A stretch of 61,732 nucleotides of DNA, filler included, from Choristocarpus tenellus KU-1152 (taxonomy: Eukaryota; Protista; Phaeophyceae), in NCBI GenBank assembly GCA_964200185.2. It is 12 parts of 12 records of this genome, joined end to end, with 100 filler letters (N's around TTAATTAATTAA, not from the genome) between each part and the next. Parts side by side here need not be neighbours in the genome. Positions count along the whole stretch, not along the records: positions 50,919 to 57,671 come from CAXNAD020007424.1; positions 57,772 to 61,732 come from CAXNAD020016921.1; 10 more parts are not named here. One strand, written 5' to 3'. Below the pieces are notes generated by a model that saw nothing but the letters and a program-made list of their open reading frames with translations, was not told the DNA's origin and did not search any database. Positions within the stretch are counted from its first letter, which is position 1. Each line of letters starts with the position of its first letter. Positions 50,919-61,732 of the stretch are shown here, in pieces. A program made the translations under genes and the position numbers.

Positions 50919-51912
50919 TGTGTGTGGTCGGGGGGAGAATATTCATGCCCTTCTCCTGGTCTGGGGCCCCCGGTGTCGCCCCCCCCCCCCCCCCCCCAAG
51001 ATACTTTTGAGCCAATTGTGAGGTTGAAACCCTTCATTATTATAGGCAGGTATTGATCCCAAATGAAAGCAACATAAGAAATATCTCCACAAGGACAAAA
51101 TGATAGTGCCCTTGGTTCCAAATAATATCAATTACAGCAAGTAATAAAACTTAAGTGTTCTCCCCATATGGTAGAGGTAGCTGATGAATAGGCCAAGTAA
51201 GCCCTTCCTGTGTACCATCTACCCTGCAGCAGATTGCTGCAATTAATGTTGCTGGATATTAAAACTCATAAGACAAACTTTTCAGCTCCCACTGTTGTGG
51301 AACCATCTACTTGATGCTAATAATGCGACACAAATTCTATACATGTAGTGCAACAATAGCCGCTACTAGAATGCTCTTTTTTCCACACATGCCAATCACT
51401 TTTATGTTATAATAACATGTATCATAACTCTACCACTCTGCATGCAGCAGAGCTTAACAGTCGCAGATATAGTATCACATATCACACACAGCAGGTGAGC
51501 ATAATCCAACTACTGGCATTCTCGGTCTTACAATGACCCTAACTGTGAAGGATCCTAGATTTCAATTCGCATTCCTTCTTTCCGCATGCCCTTTGCTCAG
51601 AAAACTTTTCTTTCCAACACTGTCATGCACAGGGACTGCAGGCAGGCAGGATGTGTCACTCTCAACTTTGTAGTCCAAGTCTTTCTCACAGACCCATTAT
51701 TTAAAGTGAGGCATGCAAAGAGCAGGTATACACAAAATACAGCAGTAACATAAAAAAATACATCACCCTCAAACTATCACCTCAATACATTAATGGAGGA
51801 AAAGACATTTCTTCCCAGAGCTTTCCTCCATATTAGATCATTCATCGCCAAGATAGGCACTTTTGACCTTCAACTACTCACTTCTTCCCACTACATTTTT
51901 TCAAGACATCCA

Positions 51913-54900
51913 TCAAAAGTACGGGTCTGAGGCTAGGCCATCTACATCCAGCAAGCACGCCATATCTACAATCTGTTGACCTGTGCTCACATCTCTCCCA
52001 CCGCTGCAGTTGTGTGATGAAGCAATACTGGCACACATGCCTTCAAGTGATGGGTCATGTTGCATTGATGAGACCGACTGAAAACAGGTAAGGAAGAGAG
52101 GGCAGGAGAAAGGATGGATAATCTTCTCAGGCAATAAAACTGATGTATTTCTAGAGGATTTCAAGGTACACTGGTGTTGTGATACTTGCACTCTAAGAGC
52201 TGTGGATCCATCCGAGTGTCACTTGGCTTGCAGGAAAATATATATTTTTTAAACAAATAATCCCAAATATCAAGAAACAAATTTGTTTGTGCACAAATCC
52301 TGGCTTGGGTACAACAGGAAGGAGGGACTAATAGTACTTGTAGTGGCACTAGGGGGAGGTGGAAAGGGCTTCACCTCAAGTCCACATTTTCTGGATGCCG
52401 CTACAAAATTTTGATATTACAACCCAATCTAAAGCACCCTACACACCTGACTGCGACAAAATGCAGCAGCAGCTTCAGCACCAGTGCCAGGAAAGGAGAA
52501 CATCGATGAGGAGAGGGAGTCATCCAATGATGGAGAGTCATCAAAGTATGGGTCACATGCCAGTGTCACATCAACACTCCCAGCCCGAGCTGCATCCTGC
52601 TTCACCCATGGGGGGTGCAAGAGGCGTGTTAGTTCATGCTTTTTGGGTTTACTTCATAATATCGAAACGTTTACCTAATATGAATAATGGATGGAACCGG
52701 TACAGGATGTAGAACATGAAAGAAGGAAATCTTATCCCACTATTCCATTTTCAGTGTACAATCTCCTGGACATTGAATCGTACGCATACAAATATACACA
52801 ACCATGCATGGTGCCTAACACATCACAACATCAGGGTTGACAGAATTTTTCCATGAGTGCTTACGTCTCATCGTCTAAAAGAGACTTTTGATATTTTGCA
52901 GCACCCAAACAAAACATAATACCACACTCGGACGATGAAAGTAAGCTCACCTCATCAACATTGAAGGCTCCTATAATTGTCGAGGTGGTGGGAGAGATGA
53001 TTGTTGCTTGACTGCTATTTTCACTTGCTGTTGACATTTGTGAGGGTGTGCCCTGATCATTGCTATTGAGGAGGCACCCCTCTCCCCCAAGATTCAACGA
53101 TTCCGTGTCCTGTGTAGAAATTCAATGTTTCATGTGAGGTACATTCAACTTTAAGTCACACTGACATAATAATCTCGTCTGGAGAACAACAGACAAAATC
53201 TTAATAGTGTCTAGTGATAATCTTGTAGTTTGATAGTGCCTCATGGAATAGAAACAAACCTCTTTCCACTACTGCTTACGACTTGGTACCAAGAGGATCA
53301 GTTATAGACACCAAACTATCATCAGGCAGAGAGGTTAATTTTATGGTGTTCCTTTGGTGATACAATCATGCCCTTTATGAAACTTCCAACCTTGTCAACA
53401 ATACCACACCTTTCCCATTTGCAAGGGGCAGAGTGAAGGACTGCCCCCAAGCCCCATGAAAGGTGAACCCAGCATATCAAGACCCTGTGTTGAGTTATCA
53501 AGCAGAAGGGTGCACCCAGAGTGGAGACGTAAGTGTAAACTATATAGAGCAGCTCCCATCCAGCTTGCCAACATTTGGCAAGTATTCAACAGAGAAAATG
53601 GCAAGTGAGACTCTCCACAATAACTTCTCTACATGTTTAACATTCAATATTAGATCATAGGACATTCAATAGATGGGTTTTTCGTTCTATGATGCACTAA
53701 TAATGCAGATCCCTAACAATAGGGACAGTAACACACACAGTAATATAGAACAGAGCAGGTACTGGGAACTGCACAAAACTACTTGTTCCCCCACCCTTCG
53801 ACAAAAGATAGGTTACGGAACATACCGGTGACTTGCCTCCAGAACAAAATGTGCAAAAGATATATATGCAGGGATACACACAAGTTGACAACAGGCAGTC
53901 ATTCCAAAGTTAGTAGTTTCTTTCCGATATTCTTTATGTTGATCAAAATTCAAAAAAAGAGCACTAAAAAGTACCATTCTGAAACTATATGTGCATGGGT
54001 AAGCATAGGGTTGGCTGGAAGATAATTATCAGGATGCCCTAACAAATTAGGTTTACAAAATAAAAAATATGCAAAAATAAAAAAATAAACAGCAAAGCCT
54101 AGTAAATATTTTATGGTATATATAGGTGAAAAGGAATCATCTCACTTTTTTTGAGTCTTACTCACTGCCCACAAACATGCAATGCAACTTGCACAAAGGG
54201 TCACTAGTAACCCTAACCCCACCCAGAAACAGAGATTCTTCAGAGGGTACTACTGTAGTCACACATAAATCCTAGAAAGTGCAAGAAGACACAGAAGGCA
54301 CTGCTCCACTCCCACAAAAGTGTTCTTTCAGTGATTTATGTATCTCCATTTTCTAACCTCATTCAACACCACACTAAGTACTAAGTATGGTACTATTGCA
54401 GCAGATGTTTGTGGTACTTATGTCACCTTTGTGTGCGTGTTAGCAGTGTGGGAGAGTTCCCCTTGCTCTTGCTGCGACTGTAACGTAGATCGGTGTTGTT
54501 GAAACTCTGGCTGATTGTATGTCCACTGCGTACTTCCCCCTTGTGCAGTGCAATTGATCCTGATGATGCCGAGATTGAGGCAAGAGGTAGCAGTGTTAAG
54601 TTAGTACATTTTCCACTTGTACAAACATGAGGGTAGATGTCGCTGCGAGCGAAGCTGTTAGATAGATATAACGGGTCGGAATAAAACATACACAACACAT
54701 CTATTTGAGCATATACAAGATGCCAACGTGACTGGTAGATATCCAAAATTCATTGTTCTTACACCTTGCTCTTTTACCTCGTGAGTCAAATTCATTCAAC
54801 TTGTTCCATGTTCCACTGCATTGGTTCAATTAGCACTTAACTACTATACCCAGCAACCTCTGTCAGGCGGGAACAAACATCAGGGTTTTTGCACTGTAAC

Positions 54901-57600
54901 GGAGTCACGCATACAGGAAGCACACCAAAAGTGTAAATAGAACTCCGCCCATAAAAGCAGTACCTTGGTTAGTCTAAAATGATCTGCTTCGCTTTGCAAT
55001 ATATATATATATATATGTATGTATATACGTATTATGTATGGGTGACACAAAACTATGTGTGTAGGAAATGTGGCTTACAAATTACCTCCTGGATACTATC
55101 ATGCAAGTACTGTAACTTCATCCTGCTGAGGAGGGTAAAATATGTCTTGGTAGAGGAACCTTCGCTGGGATAGATTCAACTGAAACCAAGCATGTGCAAA
55201 GAATTTGTCGTGACAGATGTAGGTTGTAACAACTGTGCCTTAATAAGAGCAACATAACAGTGATCCAAGGTTGTATTTATCATATGCAGACCCACTAACT
55301 CCTCTACAATCGTTCTGTCGAGTTTTAGAAAGATGGCACAACCAAGATACACAAATGATACATTGGAAACTGCCCCCCCCTCACAGCCAACACCAGTTTA
55401 TACCATCCTCCAGCATGGGCAGAGACATAGCCCAAACTGCAACTAGATAAGACAAAGTTGAGAGTAATCAACATGTCCTCGCCCTTCTCTCCGGTCACAC
55501 ACACAAACACTGCAACTCACAAGCCAGGGAGCTCCGTGGTGGGAGGAGCTACTAACCCAGAGCTGGCTGCTTGTAGCCCCATGCTTATGTTAGAGATGAA
55601 AGGGTTTAAAGGTGGTGCATTCCCTGGAACACAATGAACATCGAACAAGGGCAATGCAATGGGTATTACTGTTCATCTACTTAAACTATTATTAATACTA
55701 ATTAGTCAGAAAATCGCAAAGTAACATGAGCTGGCCCTGGTGAGATAAATTGATGATCAAAAGAATTATCGTATGTCAAAAGTCGGTCTGTGTGAGACTG
55801 AGGTGAAGTGAAGAACTCTCAAATATCAAATGATGTCATGAACTGTTTTTTGCCAATAGTCCATAAACCAAAGATAGTAATGCAGACTTATTTCAAGTGA
55901 TACCTAGATTGGTTCAAAGTAAGTGGCAAGATTGTACAAGCTTTTCACAACACTTCTAGTCTTTACCCATATAATAAATCCCAATAGCATTAGGGTCTAG
56001 CTGCAGTCCTTGTTGAAGCTGCAGTTGTTGATGGTACTCCTGAAGCAAAAGTTGGTTCATTGCAGCATCCTGGAGTAAGATGGAATGAAAAAAGCATGGT
56101 ACCAGAGTGGTACCTTAGTTAGAGGAGTGTGGCATAAACAAAGGTTGTATGTACCCATACTTGTTTGAAGGGCTCTGTTTTGAGGCACTGAGATGGGAAA
56201 GGTTACATCAGACCTGCACATATTGCACATCTAGCCTGTGATCATTCATCTGTCTTGGAAGTGTACAGGGCATTGCTGCTGACAACTGACAACCAATGCT
56301 GAATAATTTTCATCATTCTGACCCTTAAGAAATGCAACAGTACAGGCGAACATTCAGAGCCAAAAATCAAAGTGTGTACAATGTACTTGCTCAAATAGAG
56401 AAGAAAAAGATAGCAATAATGATCTACATTGACAGGAGACTGACTACCACCTGCCATGGCTCTGTCACAAGCCATCCATGTCACACTGCCTGTGCAAGTA
56501 AGTGAGGGCATGGCTGGAGAGATACATTGAGTACATGAGATAGGACACAAAGGATGGATGTTGTGTCAAGAACAGCTCAGGTTTGGATTCCTCTGCCTAA
56601 TTCACAATAGGCAGAACTGAAAGACCCAGCCCACTCGTTCCTCCCCATCAAAATCCAATATACACCCTTCTCCTTTCTATCCACTCCCCTGCCCCACTAG
56701 CCTATTGTCACCTGTGACTTCTGTCCTTCTTGCACTTGTATGCGATCTTGCTGTGCAGCATTTTCTGCAAAGTCCCACACAAGCTGTGCTCCACCTTCAT
56801 CCCAGTCCAGATTACTATCATGATTATTTACCCCATTATTGATAGTCCCCTCAGACCCAGGCAACACAATGCATGCCCCATGTGTTGCCCCATGCAAGCT
56901 AGCTCCACCTCCAGCCCCAGGTGTTGTCTCAGATAATGAGGTTCTAATCCCAATCATGCTTGCCCTATCATCAGGCAACCCTGTTCCGATCCCCTGCCCA
57001 GTCATCCGATAACTCAATGGCGTCAGGATCATCTCAGGCAAGCTTCCAGCCACAGGGCCCACATTGAGATTGGCACTGGCACTGGTATTGTCAGTGGCAG
57101 AGGCCATCATTCCGTGTGAGAAGGACTGCAACTGCTGTGGACATGGACACACACGAGAACAGAGGCCACAAGACAACAGGATACTAATGAGAGTCAGAGG
57201 AAGGGTGATTTGACGATTAGACTACTGACAGACCGAAGGCAAAAGTAACTACCATTCCCAAAAAAGTCTATACCTTAAGTACACAAGGGAGAAACAGTAC
57301 CAGGCATACTAGTCACGCACACTTGAGGACAAAATGTTTAGAGTTGGCATCAATCAAACACTAGGAAATGGAACACTATAATCACTAGCGCCCACCTGTG
57401 CTGCCTCAATCATTTTTGGTGAACGCATACCAGCACCAATCCCCCCTGCAAGTGAAGACAACCCCACTGAAGCACACAGACCAGTCCCTTGAGTACCCAA
57501 AGTAGTGGCTATTGTTGGTACTGTTGGCACCTCCCCAGTGCTTGCAGGATCATTCGTGGATTGCAGTGGCAATGGCAGCCACAGGGACATCAACTTGTCG
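51913..57600 (-). CDS. Multi-exon gene (3' part), Q/S/G-rich low-complexity protein, possibly the C-terminus of a transcriptional regulator
   Basis: Phase-consistent GT-AG exon chain: ~57600-57396, 57134-56712, 56069-55967, 55623-55521, 54559-54427, 53109-52951, 52596-52447, 52077-51913 (stop). The 5' boundary and last-exon end are uncertain. Confidence 0.75.
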
Positions 57601-57671
57601 CCTGGGTGGGGGGGGGACTGACATGGGCAGATCCAGTAGTCCTGCAGCACTGCTTGTGGCGAAATTTCCTC

Positions 57672-57771
57672 NNNNNNNNNNNNNNNNNNNNNNNNNNNNN
57701 NNNNNNNNNNNNNNNTTAATTAATTAANNNNNNNNNNNNNNNNNNNNNNNNNNNNNNNNNNNNNNNNNNNN
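57672..57771. other. Artificial contig linker
   Basis: N44-TTAATTAATTAA-N44. Confidence 0.98.
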
Positions 57772-57810
<39 letters not shown>

Positions 57811-57966
57811 GGGGTCTACACCAGGGCGTCCATTCAGGCCCTGACTAGGAGAAGTGCACTTACATTATCCATCCGACGCATGCAACCAATTTCATCCAAA
57901 AAATGTGACATAGAAAAATGGGCCCCGAATGGAACGCCACCATCACCCCCCCAGATATTTTTGAGT
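57772..57966. mobile_element. MITE family B copy (left end lost in poly-G)
   Basis: Collinear with 37192-37367; right TIR CCCCAGATATTTTTGAGTC. Confidence 0.78.
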
Positions 57967-58152
57967 CTTGCACAGATGCGAAAAGGGCCTTTTCTAAAAA
58001 TTGTCGAAAAATTTCAACCAATTAAGAAATTTTAATTCTCAACTCAATCTTAGCACTTCATCCATAGAAGTAAAGATGAATTGCAAAGATGAAAAAAGTG
58101 GACTCAAATGCAAAACGACCAAAACCGGGGTACTTCCCGTTCACTTTGGGTC
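57967..58152 (+). mobile_element. MITE family D, 3' part
   Basis: AAATGCAAAACGACCAAAACCGGGGTACTTCCCGTTCACTTTGGGTC matches the right ends of 17703-17938 and 49834-50096. Confidence 0.72.
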
Positions 58153-58952
58153 CTATGTTCAGGGCACAAAGTATCAATATGGAAATGCTGCATAGGTTCG
58201 CATGCTGAGAGGGTGCACCCACAAGATATCCATAGCCATGACCAGAACGTTTTCAAATTGAAATACGCCTAGGTGCTAAAGAGACTAAGTGTGTACAGTA
58301 CATGACTACAGCAGGAAGGGTGATACAGGCACAGCCTACAGGATCTCCGTGTGGCAATGATGAGGGTTTAGTGTACTGTGGACAGAAGTAAGCAGCGTGG
58401 AGATACGAACTTCGTGTAGGAAATGGCTCTGGGATGGTCTTAGCTTGGGAAATTGAAGGATGCTCCTTCGAGACTGGCAGTGGAATGGACCAGTAAGTCA
58501 CTGACCAACAAACCAACCCTGGAAGTAGTAATAGTGCTGTTCATGTGCGACCGTGGATGGAGCAATTACCGAACTTAACACCCCTGAAGTTCAAAATACT
58601 ACATACAGCTTGTGCCTTGTTAGGTACTCCTAAACGCACCTCACTTCGATTGACAATCTTCTTGTGATATTATATACCTGAACTTACTGAGATCAGACCC
58701 CAGACCCCAGACCCCAGACCCCAGACACCTCCAAGCAAAGTAGTTAAGGCTCATACCATATTACATAGCCCCCCTACATCCTGTCGTTCCCACCCTTCCT
58801 GAATTCCTTGTACAGTCTCCACATTGCTCTTGCTTTGTTCGAAGAAACGAGTGGATACCTCTGCAGGCCCTCTTCGAAATACTTTTTATTCTGTGGTTTT
58901 TCTTTTTGAAGTAGCCCAAACAAATTTTCTTGGGTTCTGGAGATCTAGCAAA

Positions 58953-59473
58953 CAGTCAACCCAGTTTAAAGATAGGCAGGTTTGAACCCTTCTGCATTCT
59001 AACCCAACTTTCTTACCCTGTGCAATACACTCTATTTAATTGATTAAAGTCGAACCGACTGAGAGGTAGGCAGGTTTGCAATTCAAGAATCCTTAGAAAG
59101 GCAAAACCGTGTCATTTTGTGCAATGGCAGAAAGAGTCTTTGCTCAACAATGGTGTCAATTTGATTGTGGAAAGGGGAAACATCAAATTTGTGTACGCCA
59201 CTGTGCACATTGAAGCAAGGAAATGGAGTGTACAACACAGGATAAGAAACATGACTTAGAATGCAATATGATCCAAACCTGCCCATCTCTCAATTGATAT
59301 GGCTCGTTTATGTGCACAATTGTTTACGCAAAATTGATATTCTCGCTTTCCGCGCACAAGCTGACACAACAATTCAGCAAAAAACTATTTCTACACTTGT
59401 ACAACATGGCTTCTTTATGCCCTTCTCGGGGTCCTTACATGCAACCCTGCCTACCTCTCAATTGGTTTAGCTT
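58953..59473 (+). mobile_element. MITE family C outer copy, interrupted by an inverted copy at 59047-59305
   Basis: 58953-59046 joined to 59306-59473 rebuilds the 60009-60267 sequence; flanks CAAA/TAAA. Confidence 0.78.
59047..59305 (-). mobile_element. MITE family C nested inverted copy
   Basis: TIRs AAGTCGAACCGACTGAGAGGTAGGCAGGTTTG / CAAACCTGCCCATCTCTCAATTGATATGGCTC. Confidence 0.8.
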
Positions 59474-60008
59474 TAAATGCTTTCCTATGATTCAGCCATG
59501 AAAGTAGGAAGGTTGCCTTCAGCATGTCTGAAATATTCTTGTATATATAACAAGCTATTTTTGCTATTCACCATCTCTATTGATCTAGATTTATCTATCA
59601 TAGCACTTGCCAAAAGGCTACAATGGCGCTCTGTACTACTATGTTGTAGTTCGTAGAACTACAGCACTAGCTCTGTGGCGGAAAATATGTCCGTACCTCG
59701 ATATGAGTTTAAACGGTGTGTGTGGGAGGGGGGGGTAGGAATGATGTTCAGATATTCTCTGTGTAGGGGCCCTTAAGACAAGCTGGCATATTCTTGTTTT
59801 GTTCATACTGTAATATTTGTGAGAGTGGACAAGAACGGGTATAAATAATGTGCCATTTGGGGTCAAAAATGGGATATGGGAAACAACAAATTGGATATTG
59901 GGATCCGCTAGTTTTAAAATGTAAATAGCAAATATTTTCTAGAGAGGTATCTATTGCATTAAACGACAACTACCCTTATTTTTACAGCAGTCTTTGTTAT
60001 GTAACTTT

Positions 60009-60267
60009 CGACCAAACCAATTGATAGGTAGGCAGGTGTAGACCCTTTTGCTTCCTAAACCATATTTTTTACCATGCACAATACACTCTATTTCATTGCC
60101 ATATATGCACAATTGTGGACACAAAATTGATACCCCTGCTTTCCACACACAAACTGACATCACACTAAGGAAAAGGCTCTTTCTGGAATTGTACAAAATG
60201 GAAACTTTTTGCCCTTTCTCGGGGTCCTTAAAATGCAATCCTTCTTACCTCTCAGTTGATTTGTCTG
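60009..60267 (+). mobile_element. MITE family C
   Basis: Termini CCAAACCAATTGATAGGTAGGCAGG / CCTTCTTACCTCTCAGTTGATTTG; homologous to four other copies. Confidence 0.78.
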
Positions 60268-61732
60268 TTAATTCCCCTGGCGGATCTGCACTACGTCAGA
60301 GGGAAAAATACTATAGAGTATGTAGGGACTTTTGGGGGGGGGAAACAAAGTTGTCTGTTACCATACCGCGCTAATGCTGTATGCGATATACCATCTTACC
60401 GTTTGGGGTTCCTTGTTAGGAATCTTGGGTTCCAGTGGAGGATGTTCCGTGAGAATGAACCGTGGAACCTCTTCAAGACGCCAGCATCCCACAAGTTGAA
60501 CTTCTCTAGATTCAGAAATGCTGAACATCAAGAATTCTCTTCGAGTCATGTTCTGTTACTATGATGATTCACGCTATAATCAGTTCCTCTACACTCTGCA
60601 TTCTTGCGCTTGCTTAACATTAACCTCGTCCTCTTAGTAGTTGCGGTTGGTCTTGGTCCAACACAGTTGTGTAGAGTTTGAAGGTTACTACTTCGTTATT
60701 CATTCATGAATGCCTGGCATATCGCTGAGGTCAAACCAGCCACAGTCCGCCACGAGAAAGTGGTCTGCCCATCAATCACATGTGGTAATGCTTGCTGAGG
60801 CTCTTCTCTTTTCTTTCCTTCTTCACTTCTATGGAAGGGAAGGGAACTAGAGGATTCCTCTGCCCGACCGAAGATACTCTTCTTAGTATTCATGATAGTA
60901 ATACTAACAAAATAATAGTAACTATGTTGCTGCTGTTGCCTATCCACTGCTTCTGACTGTCAGCTTCTCATGCACTCCCCCCCCCCCTCCCCCCCATCAC
61001 ACACACGCCATCCACCTTTTCTGCTTTCATTGTTGATAAGACTGTGTTCCACCCTGTACAAGAAGAGCACAAGGGGGCATCCGTCAGCATCAGGTGCCTT
61101 CTAGAGAGATGGGGGGTGAAGGGGGAAGGGAAGGTGGTGCAGGTAAGGGCATCCCTGTTTGAGGAGGGGGTGATGCCTCTTCCCACCATGCATGCAACTC
61201 ACGCCTGCGAAGGGAACACTGATACCAACGCCTCCATGGTGGATGAACGGCCTGTAGCAGAGGTGGTTTTCAACACAGGCGGTTGTCATGTTGGGCTATA
61301 CCTGAAGGTGGGTTAGGTTGAGCTCTTGAAACAAACCTTTCAGAATGGCTGAAGGTGGGTTTACCAGGTTTTATAATTATTGCTTTTAGTGTGGGGTTTT
61401 TTGTTTGTGACTGTGGTATAGATCAATGCAGTATTCCTATTAATAAGGGAGAATAAAAGTGTCTGACAGCCTAACATCAGTCTGGGCAATGAAGTGTGAA
61501 GTGTAAGATATTTAGAGTAGTGTTTGAGTGGGTGTTTCACGAAGAGGGTGGAGGCAAGGGTCAAAAATGAACTCAAAAAGGTATACGCGTAGAGTGAGAG
61601 AGACAGAGTAAGGTATATGTGTGGCACTTACTGCATTATAGTATAGTATAGCCCTCCCTACCTCCCCCCCTCCATCCCCCAACCCCACCCCCCCCCCCCC
61701 CCCCCCCCCCCCCCTCACCCTCAACCCCATCC

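Noticed and set aside
60290-60455. Chromodomain-like words (EY..; ESWVPVEDV)
   Set aside because: Spacing and frames are inconsistent and a stop follows immediately.
61044-61316. Possible internal exon ending GLYLK|gtgggt
   Set aside because: No recognisable domain or partner exon; similar isolated candidates near 12695-12800 and 35910-36035 were also left uncalled.
1-61732. Prokaryotic operon, defence system, CRISPR array, rRNA or tRNA genes
   Set aside because: None visible; the sequence is intron-rich eukaryotic DNA. A covariance-model scan would be needed to exclude small RNAs.

Overview
This is not a contiguous locus and it is not prokaryotic. It is 12 short eukaryotic contigs joined by identical artificial 100-bp linkers (N44-TTAATTAATTAA-N44), so nothing can be inferred from adjacency across a linker. 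Most ORFs in the supplied track are noise; the real genes are spliced GT-AG exon chains that I read by hand. Recognisable genes: the last exon of an SLC25A42-like mitochondrial CoA carrier, four 3' exons of an OTU deubiquitinase, three 5' exons of a DUF900-type alpha/beta hydrolase, the 5' end of an arginyl-tRNA synthetase with a probable organellar presequence, and three 5' exons of CFAP53. CFAP53 lies head-to-head with a complete 3-exon, ~780-aa disordered protein. There is also an 8-exon Q/S/G-rich gene and an orphan terminal exon. The gene set (flagellar gene, possible plastid-type presequence, TTAGGG tracts, intron-rich genes) suggests a photosynthetic stramenopile such as a brown alga; this is inference. 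The non-coding DNA holds several MITE families sharing G(A/G)(G/C)(T/C)CAAA termini and mostly 4-bp TSDs (Sola-like, including a nested copy and a filled/empty site pair), two solo LTRs, two fragments of an RLE-type (CRE-like) LINE, and several minisatellites. The best novelty leads are the Sola-like MITE radiation, a possible decayed narna-like RNA-virus RdRp insertion downstream of the last visible hydrolase exon (speculative), and a decayed contig with a ParB/DGQHR-like motif. I found no well-supported new multi-gene system.
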